From Polyangiaceae bacterium (GTDB lineage: Bacteria; Myxococcota_A; Polyangia; Polyangiales; Polyangiaceae): a stretch of 64,000 nucleotides of DNA. Position 1 is the stretch's first letter, and each line of letters opens with the position of its first letter. The DNA is taken from positions 496,334 through 560,333 of the forward strand of contig JAXLYR010000002.1 of NCBI GenBank assembly GCA_046351325.1, in the 5' to 3' direction. The notes beneath the pieces are model-generated. The model was given only the letters and a program-made list of their open reading frames with translations. It had not been told where the DNA came from and made no database searches. The translations under genes were made by a program, and so were the position numbers. Positions 52,148 through 60,995 of this stretch are shown here, one piece after another.

Positions 52148-53823
52148 GCGCGCGGCGTGGGCTCGCGGGCGCGGTCGCAGCGTCAGCGCTCACGCTGGTC
52201 GCGCAGGCGGGCGCCGCCCCCGTCTCGGTCATCGAGCCCGGCCAAGAAGACGCGCTCGCGGACATGTTGGGTCGCGGTGCGGAGCTGCCTGCGGGCTGCG
52301 CGTGGGCCGGTGCCGACATCGAAGCGAACAGGGTTGTAAGTCGATACGGCTGCGCGGGGCGGGCGGTCGCGGTCGAGCTCTGCCACCCGATCGAGGGCGC
52401 GTGTGTTCCGCGCGCGAAGGCTACGACGTCGGTCTTTGCGCTCGCGCCGTTCGAGGACTCTCGGCCCCCGAGCGAGCTCGTCGAGGCGCTCTCGAAGCGC
52501 GTCGAGGCGAAGCGAGGCACCTTTCGCTGGAGTCAGGCAGAGACGCCGCCGGGCTCGTCCGAGGCTCAGCGCAGCGCGCGCCCGATGCAGGGCGTCCTCT
52601 TCGCGATCTTCGGTGCGGCGATGGCGGCGATGGTCGGTGGGCTCGGCGTGACCTGGCTCGCGCGCCGGCCGCGCGTCGAGAACGCGATCGCCGACGCGAT
52701 CGCGAAGAGCCGCCTCGGTCCGGGAGCAGTGAAGACGCTGCGGCTCGCGACAGGTGCGCTCCTCTCCGTAGGGTTGGCGTTCGCGCTCTTCAGCGTCTCT
52801 CGCGCCGCGGCCGCGCTGCTCGCGGATTGGCTCCTCCAGCAGCCCTTCGCGCGGGTGAGCGTCAGGCTCGCGATCGCGTCGGGCCTCACGGCCATGAGCC
52901 TCGCGCTCCTCGGGCGCCTCGCGACCCCGAAGTGGCTCGTGGGTGGGGTCGTCGCGCTCCTCGCGATAGGGGGTTATCGGGCGAGCCTCCTGTCCGACGA
53001 TCTCCATCACTTCGGCGCGCTCTCGACGCCCGACCCGTCGAGCGAAGGTCGCGACCCGAGTCGGAGCGTGCTGCGCGCCCGGCCCATGTACGAGGTGAAC
53101 CGCTCGGGTTTTCGCGGGCCCGAGTGGAGCCTAGAGAAGGCCGCCGGCGTCTTTCGTGTGGTGCTGATCGGTGACAGCTTCGTCGCCGGCGACGGGCTCC
53201 CCGATTGGGAGTCGACGCTCGGCGTGCGGGTCGAGCGGACGCTCGCCGAGCGTCATGAAGACAAGCGCGTCGAGGTCCTGAACCTCGGCCTTCCGGGCGA
53301 CAATATTGTAAGCCATGTAAACCTCTATCGAGAGGCCGCCACACAGCTCGACGCCGACGCGATCGTCGTCTGTCTGACGCTCCTCAACGACCTCAGCGCG
53401 TGGGACGGACAGACCGAGCGGCGCGACGCGAGGCGACTCAGCGTCTTCAGCGTCGTGCGCTTTTTGGTGGGGGACGCGGCGGTGCCGATTTACAGCCATG
53501 TCACTCAGCCGAAGCGCGTCACCCAAAAGGAGGTCGCGCTCTTCCAAAGAGAAATGGCGCGGCTCGGTCAGCTCCACCGTGAGCTCGCCGCCGATCGGGC
53601 GCTCGTCGTCTTCACGTATGGGGCGCCGCCCGTCGAGCTCGACCCGTTCATCACCCCCGAGGGCGCCACGCGAGCGCCCGTCGAGACGCCCAAAGCCGAC
53701 TTCTTCATCCCCAATGACGGGCACCCGACGGCCCTCGGCAACGAGCATTTCGGGCGCGCGATCGCCGACGCCCTCGACGCCGACGAGCGAGCCCGCACCC
53801 GCATGTCCGCGAGCCGCCCGTGA
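52144..53823 (+). CDS. Membrane-anchored SGNH/GDSL-family hydrolase
   Basis: About 4-5 TM helices are followed by the SGNH block I VVLIGDSFVAGDG. Near the C-terminus is DGHP (catalytic His context). Confidence 0.7.
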   Translation: MSARRGLAGAVAASALTLVAQAGAAPVSVIEPGQEDALADMLGRGAELPAGCAWAGADIEANRVVSRYGCAGRAVAVELCHPIEGACVPRAKATTSVFALAPFEDSRPPSELVEALSKRVEAKRGTFRWSQAETPPGSSEAQRSARPMQGVLFAIFGAAMAAMVGGLGVTWLARRPRVENAIADAIAKSRLGPGAVKTLRLATGALLSVGLAFALFSVSRAAAALLADWLLQQPFARVSVRLAIASGLTAMSLALLGRLATPKWLVGGVVALLAIGGYRASLLSDDLHHFGALSTPDPSSEGRDPSRSVLRARPMYEVNRSGFRGPEWSLEKAAGVFRVVLIGDSFVAGDGLPDWESTLGVRVERTLAERHEDKRVEVLNLGLPGDNIVSHVNLYREAATQLDADAIVVCLTLLNDLSAWDGQTERRDARRLSVFSVVRFLVGDAAVPIYSHVTQPKRVTQKEVALFQREMARLGQLHRELAADRALVVFTYGAPPVELDPFITPEGATRAPVETPKADFFIPNDGHPTALGNEHFGRAIADALDADERARTRMSASRP

Positions 53824-55667
53824 GCGCGCGCTACGTCCTCGGGATCTCGGCCTATTACCATGACAGCGCCGCGGCCCTCCTCGACCAGGGAGAGGTCGTC
53901 GCGGCCGCACAAGAGGAGCGCTTCACGCGCAAGCGCCATGACGCCGCGTTCCCGGCGCAGGCTGTCGACTATTGTCTACGCGAGGCCGGCATAACGGCGG
54001 CCGACCTCGCTTATGTGGCCTTCTACGACAAGCCGCTGAGGAAGTTCGATCGGCTGCTCGAGACCTATTTCGCGTATGCGCCGCGCGGGCTCGGCTCGTT
54101 CCTGCGAGCGATGCCGGCGTGGCTGCGCGAGAAGCTCCATATGGGGCGCAACGTGCGCCGCGGGCTCGGCCCCGAGTATCGCGCCGACGTGGTCTTTCCC
54201 TCGCATCATGAGTCGCACGCGGCCTCGGCGTTTTACGCGTCTCCGTTCGAGCGCGCCGCGATCGTGACCTGCGACGGCGTCGGCGAGTGGGCGACGACCA
54301 CCATCGGCCTCGGAGAGGGGGGAAGACTCCGGCTCGATCGGTGCGTCTCCTTCCCCCATAGTCTGGGTCTGCTCTATTCGGCGTTTACCTACTTTACGGG
54401 ATTCAAGGTCAACTCCGGTGAGTACAAGCTCATGGGGCTCGCGCCGTTCGGTGAGCCCCGTTACACAGAGGTCATTCGGCGCGAGCTCGTAGATATAAAA
54501 GACGACGGCTCGTTTCGGCTGAATATGCGGTATTTCGACTATCCAGTAGGGCTCAGGATGACGGGCGCCGAGTTCGCGCGGCTCTTCGGCGGGCCGCCGC
54601 GAGACCCCGAGTCGACCATCACGCAGCGCGAGATGGATATGGCCGCTTCGATTCAGGTAGTCCTCGAGGACATCCTCCTTCGAATGGCGGCGTTCGCGAG
54701 GCGCGAGACAGGCGCAAAGGCCCTGTGCCTCGCGGGTGGGGTCGCTTTGAACTGCGTCGCAAACGGTCGCCTTCTGCGGGAGGGCCCGTTCGACGAGATA
54801 TGGATTCAGCCCGCCGCGGGGGACGCGGGCGGCGCGCTCGGGGCGGCGCTCTTCACGTGGCATCAGCTCCTCGAGCGACCGCGGACCGTGCGCGCGCGCG
54901 ACGGGCAGAAGGGGTCGCTCCTCGGGCCGGCGTTCGACATGCCTGCAATAGAAGCGGCGATCGCCGCGCGCGGCGCGCGGCATCGCGTGTTCGATGACGA
55001 GGCCGCGCTCCTCGACGAGGTCGCGCGCCACCGGGAGGGCGGCGCGGTCGGGGGTTGGTTTCACGGTCGTATGGAATTCGGGCCGCGGGCGCTCGGCGCG
55101 CGCAGCATCCTCGGCGACCCGCGCGACCCCACGATGCAGTCGCGGATGAACGTGAAGATCAAGCTGCGCGAGTCCTTCCGGCCCTTCGCGCCGATGGTGC
55201 TGCGCGAGCGCGCGAGCGAGATCTTCGAACTGTCCGAGGGCGTCGAGAGCCCGTACATGCTGCTCGTCGCGAACGTTCGAGAGCGCTACCGCCGCGACGT
55301 CGAGGCGAGCGACGCCGCGCGTGCGGACCCGGACCTCCGCCGTCGGGTGCAGCTCGTGCGGAGCGATTTTCCAGCGATCACGCACGTCGACGGCTCGGCG
55401 CGCCTGCAGACGGTCGACCCCGAGCGGCACGGGCGGACCTATCGCCTCTTGCGCGCGTTCGAGGCGCTGACGGGCTGTCCGCTCCTCGTGAACACGAGCT
55501 TCAACGTCAGGGGCGAGCCCATCGTCCATTCACCCGCCGAGGCTCTTCAGTGCTTCTTGCAGACCGACATGGATGCCGTCGTCCTCGAGGACGCGCTGCT
55601 CCTCAAGTCGGAGCAGCCGAGCTCCATCGTGCGGGCGCTCTCGAGCTCGCCGTTCCCCTTGGATTGA
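53820..55667 (+). CDS. O-carbamoyltransferase (NodU/CmcH/SxtI family)
   Basis: N-terminal YVLGISAYYHDSAAALL and HESHAASAFY motifs. The C-terminal carbamoyl-phosphate domain ends …LLVNTSFNVRGEPIVHSP. Confidence 0.9.
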   Translation: MSARYVLGISAYYHDSAAALLDQGEVVAAAQEERFTRKRHDAAFPAQAVDYCLREAGITAADLAYVAFYDKPLRKFDRLLETYFAYAPRGLGSFLRAMPAWLREKLHMGRNVRRGLGPEYRADVVFPSHHESHAASAFYASPFERAAIVTCDGVGEWATTTIGLGEGGRLRLDRCVSFPHSLGLLYSAFTYFTGFKVNSGEYKLMGLAPFGEPRYTEVIRRELVDIKDDGSFRLNMRYFDYPVGLRMTGAEFARLFGGPPRDPESTITQREMDMAASIQVVLEDILLRMAAFARRETGAKALCLAGGVALNCVANGRLLREGPFDEIWIQPAAGDAGGALGAALFTWHQLLERPRTVRARDGQKGSLLGPAFDMPAIEAAIAARGARHRVFDDEAALLDEVARHREGGAVGGWFHGRMEFGPRALGARSILGDPRDPTMQSRMNVKIKLRESFRPFAPMVLRERASEIFELSEGVESPYMLLVANVRERYRRDVEASDAARADPDLRRRVQLVRSDFPAITHVDGSARLQTVDPERHGRTYRLLRAFEALTGCPLLVNTSFNVRGEPIVHSPAEALQCFLQTDMDAVVLEDALLLKSEQPSSIVRALSSSPFPLD

Positions 55668-55698
55668 GCGCTGCGTCGCTTGGTATGGTGAGGTGGAG

Positions 55699-56136
55699 AT
55701 GGGCTCGGTGAAGGCTTTCGTCGCGGAGCACTACGCGCCGCTCGAGCGCGTCGCGACCGAGTCGGAGCTCCGCCTCTTCGGGTGGATCGCGCTCGGCGGC
55801 TTCGCGCTGCTCGCGGTCACGACGGCGCTCACGCGCGACGGCCTCGTGTTGCCTGCGGTGCTCGCGGCAGTCGGCGTCGTGTTGTTCGTGGGCGCTCGCT
55901 CGCCCATCGCGCGGCCGCTCTACAAGGCGTGGATGGGCCTCGGGCTCACGCTCGGGCTCTTCGTCGGACCCGTGGTGCTCACGGTGATCTACGTGCTCTT
56001 CGTGGCGCCGGTGGGGCTCGTGTTCCGGCTCATGGGTCGAGACGCGATGAAGCGCGCGCTCGAACCCGAGGCCGCGAGCTATTGGGAGCCGCACCCGCCA
56101 CCCGACGCGCCCGAGCGCTATTGGAGGCCGTTTTGA
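55699..56136 (+). CDS. SxtJ-like small membrane protein (carbamoyltransferase-associated)
   Basis: About 145 aa with 3 predicted TM helices. It lies immediately after the carbamoyltransferase, as sxtJ does next to sxtI. AGGTGGAG precedes the ATG. Confidence 0.5.
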   Translation: MGSVKAFVAEHYAPLERVATESELRLFGWIALGGFALLAVTTALTRDGLVLPAVLAAVGVVLFVGARSPIARPLYKAWMGLGLTLGLFVGPVVLTVIYVLFVAPVGLVFRLMGRDAMKRALEPEAASYWEPHPPPDAPERYWRPF

Positions 56137-56333
56137 GCAGCGAACCGGACAAGCCGTCGCGCTTCGAGGAGGCGAAGCCGGGCAACACGTCGCTCCCGGC
56201 CGAGCTCGGGCGCTTCCTCATGCAGAACAAGAAGTGGTGGCTCGCGCCGCTGCTCATCGCGCTCGCGCTGATGGCCGTCGTGTTGGTCCTGTCGGCCTCG
56301 CCCGCGGCGCCGTTTATTTATACGTTGTTTTAG
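56133..56333 (+). CDS. SxtK-like / DUF5989-type small membrane protein
   Basis: A TTG start overlaps the preceding stop (TTTTGAGC). …FLMQNKKWWLAPLLIALALMAVVLVLSASPAAPFIYTLF matches the KKWWL…APFIYTLF signature of the family. Confidence 0.5.
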   Translation: MSSEPDKPSRFEEAKPGNTSLPAELGRFLMQNKKWWLAPLLIALALMAVVLVLSASPAAPFIYTLF

Positions 56334-59174
56334 CTACGCGAGCGACGGGACCGCGTCGTTCTTCGCGAGCTCGACGCTCGCGCCGGGGACGGTCGTGGCC
56401 CAGGCACGCGCCGCGTCGAGCACGCGCGCCGAGGTCACCCTGTCGAGCAGCGAGACGTCGCCGAGGCCGATCGCGAGCTTCACGCACGCGCGAGTTGCCT
56501 CGAACGGCCGAGGCCAAGCGCGAGCACGTGCGACGCCCGCGCGATCGAGCGCGCCGAGCAACGCGAGGGCGCGACCGCGCGCCCAGCCGAGCGACTGCGA
56601 GACGCTGCCGTCGCGTGTGGCGCGCAGCGTGACGACGAGCCAGCTCGCGTGGCGGCGGTGCAAGGGTGGGGGAGTGAAGAGGCGCTCGACGTCGCCCGTG
56701 GACGCGAGCTCCCAAGCCTCGAAGAGCTCCTCGGTGAGGGTCGCGACGCCGCACGCAGGGAGCGCAGCGGACATCGAGCGCGTGGGCGCGGTCGGAGTGA
56801 GCACGCCCGTGAGCTCCGCGGCGACCGCGCGTTCGAGCGCGACGGGCTCACGAAAATCCCAGCCCGCCCAATGGGCGAAGAAGCCCTCGAGCCGCGGGTT
56901 CGAGCCGGGCGTCGCGGCGACCATCACGAGCCACGCGAGGCTCGGGAGCGTGCCGAACGCGGCGCTGTCGAGCCCTCGCGCGCGGGCCCAGCGCTTGACG
57001 AGGCGCGCGAGCTCACGGAGGTGAGGTTCGCGCTCGAAGAGGGCGGCGAGCGCCTCGGCGTCGCTCACGGCGCTGAGCGCGAGCGCGGCAGGCTCTGCGA
57101 GCTCGAGGCGGCGCGCGACCGCTTCGGAGACTGCGAGCGGCGCGCAGTCGACGAGCGCGAGATCCACGTCGAGCCCGCTCGCGAGGGAGAGCTCGAGGCC
57201 GGGGACGCGCGCGCCGACGATGTGGCGCGGGGGCTCGCGGAGCGCGAGCCCGCTCCTCTCGAGCGCGGCGGAGACGGACTCTGCGACGCGGTGCGGATCG
57301 AGGTCGCGGCCTGTGGCGACGAGATCGAGATCGCTGTCCGCGAGCGCGCAGTCGAGCGCCTGCGAGCCCGTCACGAACACGCCTGCGTCGGGAAGGCCCG
57401 CGCGGATCACCTCCGCGACGCGGGTCGCGCTGACCGAGGCGCGCAGCGTGGACGCCGAGGGTCGACAAAGCCCGGCCCGACAAAGTCCGGGTCGCTCGTC
57501 GAGCCACGTGAGGCGAGCGCGAGGCCCGAGCTCGAGCCTCGCCCGAGACTCCATCGGACCGCCCGCGCGCGATGACAAAAATGTAAGCTCGCGCACCGCG
57601 AGCGGCTGCGACGTGAAGGCCCTGGCGACGGGCGCGACGGCGGAGAGCTCGCCGCGGCCGAGCGTGAGGTGCGGGGAGCTCTCGGCGCGCGCGCGGCACG
57701 CGGGCAAAGGCGCGCGCAGCAAGGCCGTGAGCTCGCGCCAGCGATCCGCAGGGAGCGCGGGCAAATGCACGGTGGGCGCGCCCTTGTCGTGTTCGAAAAT
57801 CGCGGGCTCGCCGAGGGTCGCGTCGAACGGCGCGACACGCCGAGCCTCGTCGAGGAGCAGGCGCGCTGCGGCCTCGAAGCTCGACTCGGGGACGAAGCCG
57901 AAGACGACGTTGACGTGAGGTGGCCAGCGGCTCGCCTGCGGATCGTGGAGCGCGCGCGTTCGCTCGATCGCGGCGCAGGCCTCGGTCGGTGGGAGCCACG
58001 CGAGCGCGGTGCTCGCCGTGGACGGGAGCTCGAGCGTCGCGCGCGCCTCGAGCGGCGCGAGATCGGCGACGACCGCCCCGTGATCGGACGCGAAGAGGGG
58101 CGGAGCACCGGGCTCGATCGGCTCGGTGGCGGCGAGCTCGGCGCGCTTCACGGTGAGCTCGCGCGAGGTGAAGAGCACGCGATCGAGGCGGCGAGCCTCG
58201 CCCGAGAGCGACGAGAGCGCGGCGAGCGTGTTCGCCGTCGGATCGAACGTCGCGCCGTCGCCACGCGGATCACCGAACACGCGCTCGGTCGAGGTCCACG
58301 CGTCGGCGAGCCCGAGGCTCGCGGCGAGCTCGGGATCGCCGTCGTTGAAATCGCCCGCGACGATGACGTCGCTCGAGAGCGACGCGATCGCGGAGGCGAG
58401 GAGTTCGCGCTCGCGCCGCCGATGCTCGCGCGCCTGCTCGCGGTGGTCGCTGCTCAGGTGGAGCGCGACGAAGGCGACGCGGCGCGGAGGCGCGGCGCCG
58501 CCCCATTCGATCACGGCGGCGACGAGCGCTTTGTGGCTCTTGCGCGCGCGCGGCCCATCGGCGCCGAGATCGCGGTAGCCGAGCTCGAGGATGGGCCACC
58601 GGCTGAGCAGCACGAGGCCACATTGTTCGACGTCGTCGCGCGAGGGACCCACGTGGTAACGCGAGCGCACCCAGCCCGCGCCGAGCAGCAGCTCGAGGAG
58701 CGGGAGCTCGACCTCTTGAAGCGCGATGAGATCCGCGTCGAGCCCTTCGAGGAGCTCGAGCTGATGGGGCCGGCGACGCTCGGTCGCGAGCCGATCGGCG
58801 TCGTAGCGATCCCACAGCGTGTTCCACGTGACGACGCGGAGCTCGCCGTTCGACGCGGGCGCCATCGCCGTAGGCTCCGGCGACGCGAGCACGACGCGAG
58901 GCTCGAAGAAGGTCTGGAGCTCGAGCTTCGCGCGAGCGCGGCCTGCTTCGGTGCGATCGAGGATGTCGAGGCCCGCGCGCCGATCCCACACGGTGACGCC
59001 ATCGGCTTCGAACGCGACGACGCGATGCCACGGGATGTCCCCGCCGGCGACGAAGTCGCTGAACGCGACGCGCTTCAGCGACGCGCCGTGCACGTCGAGC
59101 CCGATCGTGAACCGCGCGGCGTCGAGCGAGGCGTCCCACCGGATCCGGTTGTAAATCTCCTCACTGGTCCGCAT
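56334..59174 (-). CDS. Multidomain putative RNA end-processing/repair protein: MJ1316(DUF504)-like, EEP nuclease/phosphatase, 2H phosphoesterase-like, pol-beta nucleotidyltransferase
   Basis: N-terminus MRTSEEIYNRIRWD…IPWHRVVAFEADGVTVWDRR (MJ1316-like). EEP motifs VVTWNTLW, ALQEVE, AGDFND and FASDHGAVV. 2H-like HVNVVFGF and HLTLGRG. NTase GVFVTGSQALDCALADSDLDLV. The start was moved to 59174, giving a 14-nt overlap with the upstream gene. Confidence 0.8.
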   Translation of the reverse strand: MRTSEEIYNRIRWDASLDAARFTIGLDVHGASLKRVAFSDFVAGGDIPWHRVVAFEADGVTVWDRRAGLDILDRTEAGRARAKLELQTFFEPRVVLASPEPTAMAPASNGELRVVTWNTLWDRYDADRLATERRRPHQLELLEGLDADLIALQEVELPLLELLLGAGWVRSRYHVGPSRDDVEQCGLVLLSRWPILELGYRDLGADGPRARKSHKALVAAVIEWGGAAPPRRVAFVALHLSSDHREQAREHRRRERELLASAIASLSSDVIVAGDFNDGDPELAASLGLADAWTSTERVFGDPRGDGATFDPTANTLAALSSLSGEARRLDRVLFTSRELTVKRAELAATEPIEPGAPPLFASDHGAVVADLAPLEARATLELPSTASTALAWLPPTEACAAIERTRALHDPQASRWPPHVNVVFGFVPESSFEAAARLLLDEARRVAPFDATLGEPAIFEHDKGAPTVHLPALPADRWRELTALLRAPLPACRARAESSPHLTLGRGELSAVAPVARAFTSQPLAVRELTFLSSRAGGPMESRARLELGPRARLTWLDERPGLCRAGLCRPSASTLRASVSATRVAEVIRAGLPDAGVFVTGSQALDCALADSDLDLVATGRDLDPHRVAESVSAALERSGLALREPPRHIVGARVPGLELSLASGLDVDLALVDCAPLAVSEAVARRLELAEPAALALSAVSDAEALAALFEREPHLRELARLVKRWARARGLDSAAFGTLPSLAWLVMVAATPGSNPRLEGFFAHWAGWDFREPVALERAVAAELTGVLTPTAPTRSMSAALPACGVATLTEELFEAWELASTGDVERLFTPPPLHRRHASWLVVTLRATRDGSVSQSLGWARGRALALLGALDRAGVARARAWPRPFEATRACVKLAIGLGDVSLLDRVTSARVLDAARAWATTVPGASVELAKNDAVPSLA

Positions 59175-60939
59175 CGTCGTCGAGCCCCCCGGTGCTGTCG
59201 GTCGCCTCGGCGGCGCCGTCACGAGCCGCGGCCGCGCGATAGACGAGGCGGTCTGCGTCGCCTGGAAACGGCGGGCGACAGCGCGCGATCTGTTCGTCGA
59301 GGACGTCGACGGGGACCGCGTGTGCGCGGGTCGCGTTGCGCGCCCCGAGCAGCGCGCGCGGCGTGAGGAAGACGACCTGCCAGACCTGCGCGCCGAGGCG
59401 ATGCGCGACGCTCTCGGGGAGCTTGCGCTGCTGCGGGATCAGGCTGGTCGCGTCCCAGATCACGTCGCGCCCGCTCGCGAGCGCGCCGTGCAGTTTCTCG
59501 AGGGCCTCCCCGAGGACCGCGGCGTTCTCCGATTGATCGGCACGCGCACCGCGGCTCTCGCGGAGAGCGTCGAGCGCGATGACGACCGACGGGCGCTCTC
59601 GCGTGTCGCTGGGGTCGTGCGCCGCGAGCGAGCTCTTGCCGCTGCCCGAAGGGCCCACGAAGAGCGTGAGCCGCGGGCGGCGCGCGGAGCGCATGCGAAA
59701 CGTCGCTTGGATCGCCTCCGGCGCGCTCACGAGGGCGCCGCGCACCCAACCCGATCGGGCCTCGGCCCAGCACTGCTCGGCGATGCGCGCGTCGGCCATC
59801 GCGTGGATGCCAGCGAACTCCGCGCGAACCGCGCGGCGGAGCTCACCGATCGGCTCGCGCGCGAGCAGGCCGTGCTCCTCGGCGAGGAGCTCCGACCACG
59901 CGATCGCGTCGACGGCCTGCGCGTCGCTCGCGTGCGCGGCGCGAGCGACCGCGTGCGCGACGCCGAGGTCTGCGCCGAGCGACATCCAGCGAAGGCCGCG
60001 CGGCGTGGGGTTCTCGGGTTCGGGCGACGCGATCTTCGGCGCGAGCGCTGCGACGTCCGCGATGCGTCGCGCGAGCCGCGGACCGAGCGCGACGGCGAGC
60101 TCCATCATGAGCTCGCCGCGTGGCAGGTCGGGGAGGAGCGCGGCGAACGCGGCCTCGACGCGCGCGTCACCGAACCGGCCGAGGGCGTCGAGCCCTGCGT
60201 GAACTGCGGAGAGTCGCGTGTCGTCCGCTTCACGAGGAGGTCGCGCGAGCGTCGGGGGCAAGAGGTCGAGGAGCGTGCGCGCGGGCACGAGCTCACCGCC
60301 GCGCGCAGCCCAGAGCGCGGCGCGCGGACCGCGTTCATTTTCGATGAAGGGCCCGCGCATCCAGTGCTCGTCGGTCTGGACGTGGTCGCGTCGAACCCAC
60401 TTCGCGACGCTCGCGGTGAAGTCGTCGCGCGAGAAGCCGCTCGCGAGCCGAACGACGTAGCCCTCTTGTCGCGCCGGATCGATCTTCAGGCGGCGGAGCG
60501 CGTTCTCCTGGAATACACCTCGAAAGAGGACGGGTGGCGTCGGCAACCCGAGGTCCGCGGCGAAGCGCACGGTCTCGTCCCACGAGAGCGCGTCGTCACC
60601 GTTCCAGACGCTGAAGGCATAGAAGAAGCTCTCGAGATCCGCGTACGCGATGGAGTGCCGCGCGTGGACGTTCTCACCCGAGATGCGGAAGCCCGCGGGG
60701 ATGCGATCGCGGATGCGCCCGTGCAGGGCCTTCACCCAGGCGCGCGACGGGTGGTGCGCGGAGTCCGGCGAGCGCGCGTGGAGCCCGTCGGAGTAGAGCG
60801 TGGTGTTCTCTCCGTCGAGCTTCTCCGTGACGACGACCTCGCGGCCTTTGAAGCTCGCGAGATCGACAAGCCGGACATCGTCCGCGGTCGCGCCCGGCGA
60901 CCATGGCAGGTGCGGGGTTCGAGGGTAGCGGACTCGCAT
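59161..60939 (-). CDS. RNA ligase (ATP-dependent, KxDG nucleotidyltransferase) fused to P-loop polynucleotide-kinase-like domain
   Basis: N-terminus YPRTPHLPWS…VVTEKLDGENTTLY (motif I). EGYVVR (motif IV) and AKWVRRDH (motif V). The C-terminus has Walker A FVGPSGSGKSS and the AAA_33/Pnk-like VIWDATSL. Confidence 0.8.
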   Translation of the reverse strand: MRVRYPRTPHLPWSPGATADDVRLVDLASFKGREVVVTEKLDGENTTLYSDGLHARSPDSAHHPSRAWVKALHGRIRDRIPAGFRISGENVHARHSIAYADLESFFYAFSVWNGDDALSWDETVRFAADLGLPTPPVLFRGVFQENALRRLKIDPARQEGYVVRLASGFSRDDFTASVAKWVRRDHVQTDEHWMRGPFIENERGPRAALWAARGGELVPARTLLDLLPPTLARPPREADDTRLSAVHAGLDALGRFGDARVEAAFAALLPDLPRGELMMELAVALGPRLARRIADVAALAPKIASPEPENPTPRGLRWMSLGADLGVAHAVARAAHASDAQAVDAIAWSELLAEEHGLLAREPIGELRRAVRAEFAGIHAMADARIAEQCWAEARSGWVRGALVSAPEAIQATFRMRSARRPRLTLFVGPSGSGKSSLAAHDPSDTRERPSVVIALDALRESRGARADQSENAAVLGEALEKLHGALASGRDVIWDATSLIPQQRKLPESVAHRLGAQVWQVVFLTPRALLGARNATRAHAVPVDVLDEQIARCRPPFPGDADRLVYRAAAARDGAAEATDSTGGLDDDADQ

Positions 60940-60995
60940 GGCGGCACTCTCGACGGCTCGATGACGAGCAGGCTGACGACCTCGGAAACGAAGAC

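Noticed and set aside
52183-53344. Minus-strand ORFs (275 aa, 152 aa) and plus ORF 52302..53174 inside the SGNH hydrolase gene
   Set aside because: Arg-rich shadow frames. The primary frame has TM helices and a GDS(L) block.
57013-59139. Multiple 230-330-aa alternative-frame ORFs inside the multidomain RNA-repair gene
   Set aside because: All are Arg/Ala/Ser-rich low-complexity translations. The called frame contains four recognisable catalytic domains in series.
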